64,000 bases of DNA from Escherichia coli (GCF_041886205.1 NZ_CP169030.1); one strand, 5' to 3'. Shown: positions 7,640 through 18,247, counted from the first letter of the stretch. Notes: generated by a model from the sequence alone, not told the origin. Numbers and translations: made by a program.

Positions 7640-8698
7640 GCTTTGTTGAATAAATCAGATTTCGGGTAAGTCTCCCCCGTAGCGGGTTGTGTTTTCAGGC
7701 AATACGCACGCTTTCAGGCATACCTGCTTTCGTCATTTTGTTCAGCGCTCGTACCAGGGCCATAGCCTCTGCAACCTGACCATCGTAGTCACGCAGCGTC
7801 AGTGAACCCCCGAACAGCTGTTTTACCCGGTACATCGCCGTTTCCGCTATCGAGCGACGGTTGTAATCTGTTGTCCATTTCCACCGCGCATTACTCCCGG
7901 TCATTCGCTGATTAGCCACTGCACGGTTACGGTCTGCATATTCACCGGGCCAGTAACCCGCACCTTTTCGGGGAGGGATAAGCGCGCTGATTTTCTTACG
8001 CCGCAGTTCATCGTGACATAGCCGGGTATCGTAAGCGCCATCGGCGGCGGCTGACCTGATTTTCCGGTGGGTTTGCCGGATTAACCCGGGGAAGGCCTCT
8101 GAGTCCGTAACGTTGTTCAGCGACAGGTCAGCGCAGATGATTTCATGTGTTTTACTGTCAACGGCGAGATGCAGCTTACGCCAGATACGGCGGCGTTCCT
8201 GGCCATGCTTTTTGACTTTCCACTCGCCTTCACCGAAGACCTTCAGCCCGGTGGAATCAATTACCAGGTGTGCGATTTCACCCCGGGTGGGCGTTTTGAA
8301 ACTGACATTAACCGACTTTGCCCGCCTGCTGACACAGCTGTAATCCGGGCAGCGTAGCGGAACGTTCATCAGAGAAAAAATGGAATCAATAAAGCCCTGC
8401 GCAGCGCGCAGGGTCAGCCTGAATACGCGTTTAATGACCAGCACAGTCGTGATGGCAAGGTCAGAATAGCGCTGAGGTCTGCCTCGTGAAGAAGGTGTTG
8501 CTGACTCATACCAGGCCTGAATAGCTTCATCATCCAGCCAGAAAGTTATGGAGCCACGGTTGATGAGGGCTTTATTGTAGGTGGGCCAGTTGGTGATTTT
8601 GAACTTTTGCTTTGCCACGGAACGGTCTGCGTTGTCGGGAAGATACGTGATCTGATCCTTCAACTCAGCAAAAGTTCGATTTATTCAACAAAGCCCGT
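7640..8698. mobile_element. IS903-like insertion sequence (IS5 family, IS903 group), 1059 bp
   Basis: Terminal inverted repeats GGCTTTGTTGAATAAATC at both ends bracketing a 322-aa IS5-family transposase; no matching 9-bp target duplication. Confidence 0.8.
7695..8663 (-). CDS. tnp: IS5-family (IS903-group) transposase
   Basis: 322-aa DDE transposase ORF filling the IS between its inverted repeats. Confidence 0.85.
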   Translation of the reverse strand: MKDQITYLPDNADRSVAKQKFKITNWPTYNKALINRGSITFWLDDEAIQAWYESATPSSRGRPQRYSDLAITTVLVIKRVFRLTLRAAQGFIDSIFSLMNVPLRCPDYSCVSRRAKSVNVSFKTPTRGEIAHLVIDSTGLKVFGEGEWKVKKHGQERRRIWRKLHLAVDSKTHEIICADLSLNNVTDSEAFPGLIRQTHRKIRSAAADGAYDTRLCHDELRRKKISALIPPRKGAGYWPGEYADRNRAVANQRMTGSNARWKWTTDYNRRSIAETAMYRVKQLFGGSLTLRDYDGQVAEAMALVRALNKMTKAGMPESVRIA

Positions 8699-8810
8699 AA
8701 TTCATTTTATCTCCTACAAGATTATTTAATGGAATGAAAAATATCTGGCCTGATAATAATGTTCCAGAATTAATATCTGCAGGCTATGTTAAGTTGTCCC
8801 CACACACAAT

Positions 8811-9086
8811 CTACCTGTTTTCTCGTGTGTGCCACAGGCGCAATACATAAATAGTCTGGCCATTAAGTTCGTAACGGATTTCGTACTCGCCAGCAAAAAT
8901 CCGTCTGACCTCCCTGGGTTCAAACTGAAACAACTGTTCTCCCATACGTGGATGAGTTAACAGAATGACCGGTGCCTGTGTCAGGGATTGCACCGTTCTG
9001 GCGGCCGCAGGTTTACTGGCCAGCACCAGAAAATCATATAACCGCGCCAAATCAGAAAGCGCCTTACTGGTCCACTTCAGTTCCAT
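8811..9086 (-). CDS. RelE/ParE-family toxin
   Basis: 91 aa with typical RelE/ParE C-terminal signature; overlaps upstream antitoxin gene by 1 nt. Confidence 0.7.
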   Translation of the reverse strand: MELKWTSKALSDLARLYDFLVLASKPAAARTVQSLTQAPVILLTHPRMGEQLFQFEPREVRRIFAGEYEIRYELNGQTIYVLRLWHTRENR

Positions 9087-9370
9087 CAGCGTGGCACCGG
9101 TAACGGATTGTCAGTACTGAGGCTGTCCGCCCAGGCCTGTACAGCCTGATGGTCGATAACCTGTCCGGATGTCACATCGTCCAGGGCTTCCAGCGTCAGG
9201 CGATTACGCTCCTCCTCCTGGGCAAGCCATGCAGAAAGCGCCTGTTTGATAACCCAGCCCCGGGAGCGTTCCAGCCTGGCGGCCATCTGGTCGACTTTAT
9301 CAGCCATAGGTAATGGCACATGCGCGGTAATGACTTTTGTTGCTTGTGCACTATTGTTTTTCATTTGCAT
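9086..9370 (-). CDS. Antitoxin (RHH/ParD-like) of the RelE/ParE module
   Basis: 94-aa ORF immediately upstream of and overlapping the toxin gene. Confidence 0.6.
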   Translation of the reverse strand: MQMKNNSAQATKVITAHVPLPMADKVDQMAARLERSRGWVIKQALSAWLAQEEERNRLTLEALDDVTSGQVIDHQAVQAWADSLSTDNPLPVPR

Positions 9371-9465
9371 ATCCGATTAGTTGTTAATCATATTTAATCA
9401 TAGTGATTACATTCAGACCGAACAAGGCAAATAATGCGCATCTGCGCATGTAAGGCAGCATACGG

Positions 9466-9520
9466 AGGTTACATGTAACACAGGTGTAAAACCGCCAAAG
9501 CCCGGCGTAAGCCGGTACGG
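9466..9520. repeat. Copy 1 of ~55-bp imperfect direct repeat (GGTTACATGT ... GTAAAACCGCC-AAGCCCGGCGTAAGCCGGTACGG) with internal CCGGC-GTAA-GCCGG hairpin
   Basis: Near-identical sequence recurs at 31651-31707 in the same orientation. Confidence 0.5.
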
Positions 9521-9566
9521 TCGTCCGAATATCACCAGTCCCACTCCGGCCCTGCGAGGCCATGTG

Positions 9567-9604
9567 GGGGGAACCGCAGAATTCGGAAAAAATCGTACGC
9601 TAAG
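9567..9604. repeat. Left 38-bp terminal inverted repeat of the Tn1721-like transposon
   Basis: GGGGGAACCGCAGAATTCGGAAAAAATCGTACGCTAAG. Confidence 0.8.
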
Positions 9605-9755
9605 CTAACGGTGTTCTCGTGACAGCTCTTTGACTAGGCTTTCTAAGGCCATTCTGATAGCCCTGACTTCCTGAAAAGCCATGGCTAAAATTTGTGCGGC
9701 TAAAAGGGATAACCGATGGTAAAGTAAGTTATCCCTGTCGAGATACTGAAAAGCG

Positions 9756-11333
9756 TTATCCTCGTTTTTCCCAAAACTGTTTTGCCAGTTCGCTCAGAGC
9801 GCTAGTTAACTGAGCGACAGATTTCGCACTTTGCAAATTATTCTGCCCGGTCTGTACATTGGTATCAGCAGCATCGCGTATATTGATAATACTGCGGTTT
9901 ATGTCTTCACTTACTGCTCCCTGCTGCTCGACCGCAGTCGCTATTTGCGCGTTCATGTCGGTAATTTCGTTAACGCGTTGGCCAATTCCATCAAGAGCTG
10001 TAGCTGCTTCCTCTGCGTGAGCTACACTCGTGTGCGCTTGCCGACTACTTTGCTCCATGACTGTAACAGCGGATTGCGCTCGCTCTTGTAGAGCGCTGAT
10101 CATGCTTTGAATATCCGTTGTCGATTGCTGTGTGCGAGCAGCAAGACTGCGAACCTCATCGGCGACAACAGCAAAACCACGCCCCTGCTCACCAGCACGC
10201 GCGGCCTCAATTGCTGCGTTGAGTGCCAACAAATTCGTTTGCTCGGCGATCCCTCGTATAACGTCAAGAACTTTTGATATCTCGTTACTTTGACCTTCAA
10301 GCTCATGAATAACCTGAGTGGCTTGCCTAATTTCACCTTCAAGGGCAGTGATTGACTGGCTTGTGTGGGCTACCAGACGCTGGCCAGATGCCGTCTCAGT
10401 GTCTGCTCTTCCGGCCGCATCTGCAGCATGCTGTGCATTGCTCGCAACCTCTTGAATGCTTGCCACCATTTGGTTTACTGCCGTTGCTATTTGATCTGTC
10501 TCTGCCTGCTGCTCAACTGTAAGTACATTGCTTGACTCAATATCCTTTAGTAGGCCTCGGGTGTGTTCGCTAAGCCGATTTGATGCATCACCTATGCGAC
10601 CTACTATGGCGCCTGTTTCAGCTTGCATCATTCGTAAAGCAAACTCTATTTGGCCAAACTCATCGGTGCGCCCAGTGTAGAGGGATTGACTTAATGGGTT
10701 ATTGGAAATATTCTTGGCTCTTTCAACCAGTCTTCCAAGAGGAGAGAGAATAGCCAAAACACTAACAGAGCTTAAGCTTCCTGACATTAAAGTGGCTAAC
10801 AATAAGCTGCTTATTGATGTATCAGTAAGCATGCCGGCAGCCATTGCGCTTGATATAATACTACCCCATATGAGCAAGAGTATTTTCACGGAAAAGCTAG
10901 CAGCCAATTTCGGCCTCGCGGCCTTCCCGCTTCTCAATTGAGCATATAATTTTTCCGCAGCCAAAACCTGCTCAGGTTCAGGCTTGGTCCTTACAGACTG
11001 GTATTCAACAATCGAACCATTCTTAGCTATTGGCGTTACATAAGCACTTACCCAATAGTGGTCGCCATTTTTACAGCGATTTTTTACTAGCCCCATCCAT
11101 GAGCGGCCAGATTTTAATGTACTCCACATATGCTCAAATGCAGCAGGCGGCATATCTGGGTGTCTTACGATGTTGTGAGGCTGGCCTAATAGTTCTTCCT
11201 CAGTGAAACCACTGATTTTAATGAAGTCAGGATTAACGTACGTGATATGGCTTTGAGGGGAGGTAGTCGAAAGAATATTGGCATCTTTTGGGAGTTCTAA
11301 GTTTCGACCCGTCACTGGTAAATTCTGGCGCAT
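9756..11333 (-). CDS. Methyl-accepting chemotaxis protein-like protein with PAS domain (Tn1721 orfI-type cargo)
   Basis: 525 aa; N-terminal PAS-like region, central TM segments, C-terminal MCP signalling domain ([31 protein letters not shown]). Confidence 0.8.
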   Translation of the reverse strand: MRQNLPVTGRNLELPKDANILSTTSPQSHITYVNPDFIKISGFTEEELLGQPHNIVRHPDMPPAAFEHMWSTLKSGRSWMGLVKNRCKNGDHYWVSAYVTPIAKNGSIVEYQSVRTKPEPEQVLAAEKLYAQLRSGKAARPKLAASFSVKILLLIWGSIISSAMAAGMLTDTSISSLLLATLMSGSLSSVSVLAILSPLGRLVERAKNISNNPLSQSLYTGRTDEFGQIEFALRMMQAETGAIVGRIGDASNRLSEHTRGLLKDIESSNVLTVEQQAETDQIATAVNQMVASIQEVASNAQHAADAAGRADTETASGQRLVAHTSQSITALEGEIRQATQVIHELEGQSNEISKVLDVIRGIAEQTNLLALNAAIEAARAGEQGRGFAVVADEVRSLAARTQQSTTDIQSMISALQERAQSAVTVMEQSSRQAHTSVAHAEEAATALDGIGQRVNEITDMNAQIATAVEQQGAVSEDINRSIINIRDAADTNVQTGQNNLQSAKSVAQLTSALSELAKQFWEKRG

Positions 11334-11620
11334 AAGAACCTCAAGGGTTGGCTGTTTTATTTTATTGTTTTCGGCATTAAGCCCAATTTCTTGAGCGTTA
11401 CGATAAAGCTAGCATGGAAACGATAGGTGCAAGCAAGTTAAGGGTTGCATCGCGCATGTCAATCTAGGCTATACCCTAACTTGATGTCAGGCAGGGCCGC
11501 GCCGCTTCGTCAGAATAGAGTCTGCTTTCCCATTTTTTGACACATGCCCGCGAAGGTTATAGATTTCAGCCTGACAGAAATGGGCTTTGAGGCACAACGG
11601 AACAGAAAGTGCACTTAAGC

Positions 11621-11625
11621 CGCCT
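11621..11625. repeat. 5-bp target-site duplication (CGCCT) flanking IRt of the integron
   Basis: CGCCT immediately outside IRt; the same pentamer lies immediately outside the second IRi at 22464-22468. Confidence 0.6.
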
Positions 11626-11650
11626 TGTCATTTTCAGAAGACGACTGCAC
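11626..11650. repeat. IRt (25-bp terminal inverted repeat at tni end of Tn402-like integron)
   Basis: TGTCATTTTCAGAAGACGACTGCAC. Confidence 0.8.
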
Positions 11651-11766
11651 CAGTTGATTGGGCGTAATGGCTGTTGTGCAGCCAGCTCCTGACAGTTCAA
11701 TATCAGAAGTGATCTGCACCAATCTCGACTATGCTCAATACTCGTGTGCACCAAAGCGAGGTGAGC

Positions 11767-13446
11767 ATGGCGACGGACACCCCACGGATTCCAGAACAAG
11801 GCGTGGCCACTCTGCCTGATGAGGCTTGGGAGCGTGCGCGCCGTCGTGCGGAGATCATCAGTCCGTTGGCGCAGTCGGAGACGGTCGGGCACGAAGCGGC
11901 CGATATGGCGGCTCAGGCGCTGGGCTTGTCTCGGCGCCAGGTATACGTTCTGATCCGGCGTGCCCGGCAAGGCAGCGGCCTCGTGACGGATCTGGTGCCC
12001 GGCCAGTCCGGTGGAGGTAAAGGTAAGGGGCGCTTGCCGGAACCGGTCGAGCGCGTCATCCACGAGCTACTGCAAAAGCGGTTCCTGACCAAGCAGAAGC
12101 GCAGCCTAGCGGCCTTTCACCGCGAAGTCACTCAGGTGTGCAAGGCTCAAAAACTGCGAGTGCCGGCGCGCAATACCGTGGCCTTACGGATCGCTAGCCT
12201 TGACCCGCGCAAGGTCATCCGCCGGCGGGAAGGCCAGGATGCCGCTCGTGACCTACAAGGTGTGGGCGGCGAGCCTCCTGCCGTGACCGCGCCGCTGGAG
12301 CAGGTGCAGATAGACCATACGGTCATCGACCTGATCGTGGTCGATGACCGCGACCGGCAACCTATTGGCCGCCCGTACCTGACCCTCGCCATCGACGTGT
12401 TCACCCGCTGCGTGCTCGGCATGGTCGTCACGCTGGAAGCGCCGTCTGCCGTTTCGGTTGGCCTGTGCCTCGTGCATGTCGCCTGCGACAAGCGCCCTTG
12501 GCTGGAAGGACTGAACGTGGAAATGGATTGGCAGATGAGCGGCAAGCCCTTGCTGCTCTACCTAGACAACGCGGCCGAGTTCAAGAGCGAGGCCCTGCGC
12601 CGGGGTTGCGAGCAGCATGGCATCCGGCTGGACTATCGCCCGCTGGGACAGCCGCACTATGGCGGCATCGTGGAACGGATCATCGGCACGGCGATGCAGA
12701 TGATTCACGACGAACTGCCGGGAACGACCTTCTCCAACCCTGACCAGCGCGGCGACTACGATTCCGAAAACAAGGCCGCCCTGACGCTGCGCGAGCTAGA
12801 GCGCTGGCTCACATTGGCGGTCGGCACCTACCACGGTTCGGTGCACAACGGCCTGCTCCAACCGCCGGCCGCGCGCTGGGCCGAGGCCGTGGCGCGTGTC
12901 GGCGTACCGGCCGTCGTCACACGCGCTACTTCGTTCCTGGTCGATTTTCTGCCGATCCTCCGGCGCACGCTGACCCGCACCGGCTTTGTCATCGACCACA
13001 TCCACTACTACGCCGATGCGCTCAAGCCGTGGATTGCGCGGCGTGAACGCTGGCCGTCCTTTCTGATCCGGCGCGATCCGCGCGACATCAGCCGTATCTG
13101 GGTCCTGGAACCGGAGGGACAGCATTACCTGGAAATTCCCTACCGTACCTTGTCGCATCCGGCTGTCACCCTCTGGGAACAACGGCAGGCGCTGGCGAAA
13201 CTGCGGCAGCAAGGGCGCGAACAGGTGGATGAGTCGGCGCTGTTCCGCATGATCGGCCAGATGCGTGAGATTGTGACCAGCGCGCAGAAGGCCACACGCA
13301 AGGCGCGGCGTGACGCGGATCGCCGCCAGCACCTCAAGACATCAGCTCGGCCGGACAAGCCCGTTCCGCCGGATACGGATATTGCCGACCCGCAGGCAGA
13401 CAACTTGCCACCCGCCAAACCGTTCGACCAGATTGAGGAGTGGTAG
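11767..13446 (+). CDS. tniA: TniA transposase (Tn402/Tn5053 family, DDE)
   Basis: 559 aa starting MATDTPRIPEQG; ORF-track start at 11731 is an upstream in-frame Met. Confidence 0.9.
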   Translation: MATDTPRIPEQGVATLPDEAWERARRRAEIISPLAQSETVGHEAADMAAQALGLSRRQVYVLIRRARQGSGLVTDLVPGQSGGGKGKGRLPEPVERVIHELLQKRFLTKQKRSLAAFHREVTQVCKAQKLRVPARNTVALRIASLDPRKVIRRREGQDAARDLQGVGGEPPAVTAPLEQVQIDHTVIDLIVVDDRDRQPIGRPYLTLAIDVFTRCVLGMVVTLEAPSAVSVGLCLVHVACDKRPWLEGLNVEMDWQMSGKPLLLYLDNAAEFKSEALRRGCEQHGIRLDYRPLGQPHYGGIVERIIGTAMQMIHDELPGTTFSNPDQRGDYDSENKAALTLRELERWLTLAVGTYHGSVHNGLLQPPAARWAEAVARVGVPAVVTRATSFLVDFLPILRRTLTRTGFVIDHIHYYADALKPWIARRERWPSFLIRRDPRDISRIWVLEPEGQHYLEIPYRTLSHPAVTLWEQRQALAKLRQQGREQVDESALFRMIGQMREIVTSAQKATRKARRDADRRQHLKTSARPDKPVPPDTDIADPQADNLPPAKPFDQIEEW

Positions 13447-13448
13447 CC

Positions 13449-14357
13449 GTGGACGAATATCCCATCATCGACCTGTCCCACCTGCTGCCGGCGGCCCAGG
13501 GCTTGGCCCGTCTTCCGGCGGACGAGCGCATCCAGCGCCTTCGCGCCGACCGCTGGATCGGCTATCCGCGCGCAGTCGAGGCGCTGAACCGGCTGGAAGC
13601 CCTTTATGCGTGGCCAAACAAGCAACGCATGCCCAACCTGCTGCTGGTTGGCCCGACCAACAATGGCAAGTCGATGATCGTCGAGAAGTTCCGCCGCACC
13701 CACCCGGCCAGCTCCGACGCCGACCAGGAGCACATCCCGGTGTTGGTCGTGCAGATGCCGTCCGAGCCGTCCGTGATCCGCTTCTACGTCGCGCTGCTCG
13801 CCGCGATGGGCGCGCCGCTGCGCCCACGCCCACGGTTGCCGGAAATGGAGCAACTGGCTCTGGCACTGCTGCGCAAGGTCGGCGTGCGCATGCTGGTGAT
13901 CGACGAGCTGCACAACGTGCTGGCCGGCAACAGCGTCAACCGCCGGGAATTCCTCAACCTGCTGCGCTTCCTCGGCAACGAACTGCGCATCCCGTTGGTT
14001 GGGGTAGGCACGCGCGACGCCTACCTAGCCATCCGCTCCGATGACCAGTTGGAAAATCGCTTCGAGCCGATGATGCTGCCGGTATGGGAGGCCAACGACG
14101 ATTGCTGCTCACTGCTGGCCAGCTTCGCCGCTTCGCTCCCGCTGCGCCGGCCTTCCCCAATTGCCACGCTGGACATGGCTCGCTACCTGCTCACACGCAG
14201 CGAGGGCACCATAGGGGAACTGGCGCACTTGCTGATGGCGGCGGCCATCGTCGCCGTGGAGAGCGGCGAGGAAGCGATCAACCATCGCACACTCAGCATG
14301 GCCGTTTACACCGGACCCAGCGAGCGGCGGCGGCAATTCGAGCGGGAACTGATGTGA
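13449..14357 (+). CDS. tniB: TniB NTP-binding transposition protein
   Basis: Walker A VGPTNNGKS, probable GTG start at 13449 giving MDEYPIIDL. Confidence 0.85.
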   Translation: MDEYPIIDLSHLLPAAQGLARLPADERIQRLRADRWIGYPRAVEALNRLEALYAWPNKQRMPNLLLVGPTNNGKSMIVEKFRRTHPASSDADQEHIPVLVVQMPSEPSVIRFYVALLAAMGAPLRPRPRLPEMEQLALALLRKVGVRMLVIDELHNVLAGNSVNRREFLNLLRFLGNELRIPLVGVGTRDAYLAIRSDDQLENRFEPMMLPVWEANDDCCSLLASFAASLPLRRPSPIATLDMARYLLTRSEGTIGELAHLLMAAAIVAVESGEEAINHRTLSMAVYTGPSERRRQFERELM

Positions 14358-15571
14358 AGCCTGCGCCGCGCTGGCCGCTGCATCCCGCCCCGAAAGAAGG
14401 CGAGGCGCTGTCCTCATGGCTCAACCGCGTGGCCCTTTGCTATCACATGGAGGAGCCCGACCTGCTGGAGCACGATCTTGGTCACGGCCAGGTCGATGAC
14501 CTGGACACCGCGCCACCACTCTCGCTGCTGGCGTTGCTTTCCCAGCGGAGCGGCATCGAGCTGGACCGGCTGCGCTGTATGAGTTTCGCCGGATGGGTGC
14601 CTTGGCTACTGGACAGCCTTGATGACCAGATTCCAGACGCCTTGGAAACCTATGCGTTTCAGCTCTCGGTGTTGCTGCCAAGACTCCGCCGTAAGACGCG
14701 ATCCATCACGAGCTGGCGTGCCTGGCTGCCCAGCCAGCCGATAAACCGCGCCTGTCCGCTCTGCCTGAGCGATCCGGAGAACCAAGCCGTACTGCTCGCG
14801 TGGAAGCTGCCCCTGATGCTGAGCTGCCCGCTGCATGGCTGCTGGCTGGAATCCTATTGGGGCGTGCCAGGGCGGTTTCTCGGCTGGGAGAACGCCGACG
14901 CCGAACCGCGCACCGCCAGCGACGCGATTGCGGCGATGGACCAGCGTACCTGGCAGGCACTGACAACCGGTCACGTGGAGCTGCCGCGCCGACGCATCCA
15001 CGCCGGATTGTGGTTTCGACTTCTTCGCACGCTGCTCGATGAGCTGAACACCCCGCTTTCCGCGTGCGGAACCTGCGCGGGGTATCCCCGCCAAGTCTGG
15101 GAAGGCTGCGGGCATCCGCTGCGTGCTGGGCAAAGTCTGTGGCGACCGTATGAAACCCTGAATCCGATAGTACGGTTACAGATGCTGGAGGCGGCGGCAA
15201 CGGCAATCAGCTTGATTGAGGTGAGGGACATCAGCCCGCCAGGCGAGCAGGCAAAGCTATTCTGGTCCGAGCCCCAAACCGGGTTCACCAGTGGCCTGCC
15301 GACGAAAGCGCCGAAGCCCGAGCCCATCAATCACTGGCAGCGTGCAGTCCAGGCCATCGACGAGGCCATCATTGAAGCGCGACACAACCCCGAGACGGCA
15401 CGCTCGCTGTTCGCGTTGGCTTCCTATGGTCGGCGCGATCCCGCTTCCTTGGAACGGTTGCGCGCCACCTTCGTGAAGGAAGGCATCCCGCCGGAATTTC
15501 TGTCACATTACCTGCCTGATGCACCCTTTGCATGTCTTAAACAAAATGACGGGTTAAGTGACAAATTTTGA
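14354..15571 (+). CDS. tniQ: TniQ transposition protein
   Basis: 405-aa frame starting at GTG overlapping tniB stop (VKPAPRWPLHPAPKEGEALSSWLNR); the ORF-track entry 14084-15571 is an upstream extension of this frame. Confidence 0.8.
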   Translation: MKPAPRWPLHPAPKEGEALSSWLNRVALCYHMEEPDLLEHDLGHGQVDDLDTAPPLSLLALLSQRSGIELDRLRCMSFAGWVPWLLDSLDDQIPDALETYAFQLSVLLPRLRRKTRSITSWRAWLPSQPINRACPLCLSDPENQAVLLAWKLPLMLSCPLHGCWLESYWGVPGRFLGWENADAEPRTASDAIAAMDQRTWQALTTGHVELPRRRIHAGLWFRLLRTLLDELNTPLSACGTCAGYPRQVWEGCGHPLRAGQSLWRPYETLNPIVRLQMLEAAATAISLIEVRDISPPGEQAKLFWSEPQTGFTSGLPTKAPKPEPINHWQRAVQAIDEAIIEARHNPETARSLFALASYGRRDPASLERLRATFVKEGIPPEFLSHYLPDAPFACLKQNDGLSDKF

Positions 15572-15617
15572 CGGATAGAGCTTTCCGGCTCACACTGTCA
15601 CATAATCGAACGTATAC

Positions 15618-16256
15618 GTGACGGGTGAAAAGGTGCTGATCGGCTACATGCGGGTATCGAAGGCGGACGGATCCCAGTCCACCAATTTGCAACGCGATGC
15701 GCTCATCGCCGCTGGTGTGAGCCTTGCGCACCTTTACGAGGATCTGGCCTCGGGCAGGCGCGATGATCGCCCAGGGTTGGCTGCTTGCCTGAAGGCGCTT
15801 CGTGAAGGGGACACGCTGATCGTGTGGAAGCTCGATCGGCTTGGCCGTGATCTGCGCCACCTGATCAACACCGTGCACGACCTAACTGCGCGTAGCGTGG
15901 GCCTGAAGGTCCTGACCGGTCACGGTGCGGCGGTCGACACGACGACTGCCGCCGGCAAGCTTGTGTTCGGTATTTTTGCCGCGCTGGCCGAGTTCGAGCG
16001 TGAGTTGATTTCCGAGCGAACAGTCGCTGGACTTATCTCGGCGCGCGCTCGCGGCAGGAAAGGGGGGCGCCCCTTCAAGATGACCGCCGCCAAGCTACGC
16101 CTGGCGATGGCCAGCATGGGGCAACCGGAAACCAAGGTGGGCGATCTCTGCGAAGAACTCGGGATTACCCGGCAGACGCTCTACCGGCACGTGTCGCCCA
16201 AGGGCGAACTGCGGCCAGACGGCGTAAAGCTGCTCTCCCTCGGTTCAGCCGCATAA
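15618..16256 (+). CDS. tniR: TniR/TniC serine resolvase of Tn402-like element
   Basis: Serine recombinase motifs (IGYMRVSKADGSQ; C-terminal HTH); exact start uncertain. Confidence 0.8.
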   Translation: MTGEKVLIGYMRVSKADGSQSTNLQRDALIAAGVSLAHLYEDLASGRRDDRPGLAACLKALREGDTLIVWKLDRLGRDLRHLINTVHDLTARSVGLKVLTGHGAAVDTTTAAGKLVFGIFAALAEFERELISERTVAGLISARARGRKGGRPFKMTAAKLRLAMASMGQPETKVGDLCEELGITRQTLYRHVSPKGELRPDGVKLLSLGSAA

Positions 16257-16353
16257 ATGGAGGCGACCTGGAACGGGGCGCTGTTCAGTGCGGCAACGAT
16301 CCGATTACCGGTGTCGACCCAGAGCAGCCGTAGAGCTTTTGGGAAAGCTGTCG

Positions 16354-16448
16354 TTCAACGTTTGACGTGAGGGGCCGCCGTAGCGGCGAAGCCGCGAAGG
16401 GAACCCGCAAGCGCAGCTTGTGGGCGGTCCCTCTCGACGGAATGGTTA
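16354..16448 (-). other. Probable attC recombination site of the qac gene cassette
   Basis: Minus-strand inverse core ATCTAAC (plus 16441-16448) and core GTTGAAC (plus 16354-16360) bracket ~95 bp downstream of the qac stop; boundaries approximate. Confidence 0.4.
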
Positions 16449-16460
16449 GATGCGACCGTT

Positions 16461-16793
16461 TTAGTGAACACTTGCCTTAGATAGCAAGTTGAGCACAGCA
16501 ACGCCGCTGATAATGAAGCCGACACCAACAAATCCCCACATATCTAGTTTTTGACCATGCAAAACCCATGCAATCGCAGTGACCAAGACGATCCCGAGGC
16601 CCGACCAAACTGCGTAGGCGATTCCAACAGGAATCGATTTGAGTGTCAGCGACAGGAAATAAAAAGCAGCAGCGTATCCCGCTACGACGATAAAAGACGG
16701 TACTAACCTAGTAAAGCCCTCACTAGACTTGAGCGCAGAGGTTGCAATGACCTCAAAAATAATGGCCGTAGCCAGAAATAACCAATTTTTCAA
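16461..16793 (-). CDS. Small multidrug resistance (SMR) quaternary ammonium compound efflux protein, qacH/qacL-type gene cassette
   Basis: 110-aa frame [27 protein letters not shown]... with probable TTG start; the ORF-track entry 16461-17102 is an artefactual upstream extension through attI1. Confidence 0.75.
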   Translation of the reverse strand: MKNWLFLATAIIFEVIATSALKSSEGFTRLVPSFIVVAGYAAAFYFLSLTLKSIPVGIAYAVWSGLGIVLVTAIAWVLHGQKLDMWGFVGVGFIISGVAVLNLLSKASVH

Positions 16794-16888
16794 AATATTT
16801 CTCCATGGAGTTCCGCGAAGAAATTTTAGGTTCGATTTAAGAAAAAAAACAGTCTTGTTGCTGGCCGAAATTTGTGCGCACAGCAAAG

Positions 16889-16965
16889 CATCTAACTTTG
16901 TTTTAGGGCGACTGCCCTGCTGCGTAACATCGTTGCTGCTCCATAACATCAAACATCGACCCACG
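16889..16965. other. attI1 site (copy 1) with cassette junction GTTAGATGC on minus strand
   Basis: Sequence CCCTAAAACAAAGTTAGATGC (minus strand) directly upstream of intI1; boundaries approximate. Confidence 0.6.
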
Positions 16966-17031
16966 GCGTAACGCGCTTGCTGCTTGGATGCCCGAGGCAT
17001 AGACTGTACAAAAAAACAGTCATAACAAGCC

Positions 17032-18045
17032 ATGAAAACCGCCACTGCGCCGTTACCACCGCTGCGTTCGGTCAAGGTTCTGGACCAGTTGCGTGAGCGC
17101 ATACGCTACTTGCATTACAGTTTACGAACCGAACAGGCTTATGTCCACTGGGTTCGTGCCTTCATCCGTTTCCACGGTGTGCGTCACCCGGCAACCTTGG
17201 GCAGCAGCGAAGTCGAGGCATTTCTGTCCTGGCTGGCGAACGAGCGCAAGGTTTCGGTCTCCACGCATCGTCAGGCATTGGCGGCCTTGCTGTTCTTCTA
17301 CGGCAAGGTGCTGTGCACGGATCTGCCCTGGCTTCAGGAGATCGGAAGACCTCGGCCGTCGCGGCGCTTGCCGGTGGTGCTGACCCCGGATGAAGTGGTT
17401 CGCATCCTCGGTTTTCTGGAAGGCGAGCATCGTTTGTTCGCCCAGCTTCTGTATGGAACGGGCATGCGGATCAGTGAGGGTTTGCAACTGCGGGTCAAGG
17501 ATCTGGATTTCGATCACGGCACGATCATCGTGCGGGAGGGCAAGGGCTCCAAGGATCGGGCCTTGATGTTACCCGAGAGCTTGGCACCCAGCCTGCGCGA
17601 GCAGCTGTCGCGTGCACGGGCATGGTGGCTGAAGGACCAGGCCGAGGGCCGCAGCGGCGTTGCGCTTCCCGACGCCCTTGAGCGGAAGTATCCGCGCGCC
17701 GGGCATTCCTGGCCGTGGTTCTGGGTTTTTGCGCAGCACACGCATTCGACCGATCCACGGAGCGGTGTCGTGCGTCGCCATCACATGTATGACCAGACCT
17801 TTCAGCGCGCCTTCAAACGTGCCGTAGAACAAGCAGGCATCACGAAGCCCGCCACACCGCACACCCTCCGCCACTCGTTCGCGACGGCCTTGCTCCGCAG
17901 CGGTTACGACATTCGAACCGTGCAGGATCTGCTCGGCCATTCCGACGTCTCTACGACGATGATTTACACGCATGTGCTGAAAGTTGGCGGTGCCGGAGTG
18001 CGCTCACCGCTTGATGCGCTGCCGCCCCTCACTAGTGAGAGGTAG
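17032..18045 (+). CDS. intI1: Class 1 integron integrase IntI1 (copy 1)
   Basis: 337-aa tyrosine recombinase [49 protein letters not shown]... Confidence 0.95.
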
Positions 18046-18222
18046 GGCAGCGCAAGTCAATCCTGGCGGATTCACTACCCCTGCGCGAAGGCCATCGGTG
18101 CCGCATCGAACGGCCGGTTGCGGAAAGTCCTCCCTGCGTCCGCTGATGGCCGGCAGCAGCCCGTCGTTGCCTGATGGATCCAACCCCTCCGCTGCTATAG
18201 TGCAGTCGGCTTCTGACGTTCA

Positions 18223-18247
18223 GTGCAGCCGTCTTCTGAAAACGACA
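18223..18247. repeat. IRi (25-bp inverted repeat at intI1 end), copy 1, internal
   Basis: GTGCAGCCGTCTTCTGAAAACGACA; followed by TTTGA rather than the CGCCT seen outside IRt. Confidence 0.8.

Noticed and set aside
12147-15330. Numerous overlapping ORFs on both strands in the tni region (e.g. 13140-13913, 13310-14044, 14606-15133)
   Set aside because: High GC (about 65 percent) produces spurious open frames; tniA, tniB and tniQ on the plus strand account for the region
16461-17102. 213-aa ORF spanning the qac gene and attI1
   Set aside because: Only the 3' 110 codons match SMR efflux proteins; the upstream part reads through attI1 and the intI1 promoter region and is an artefact of the ORF caller
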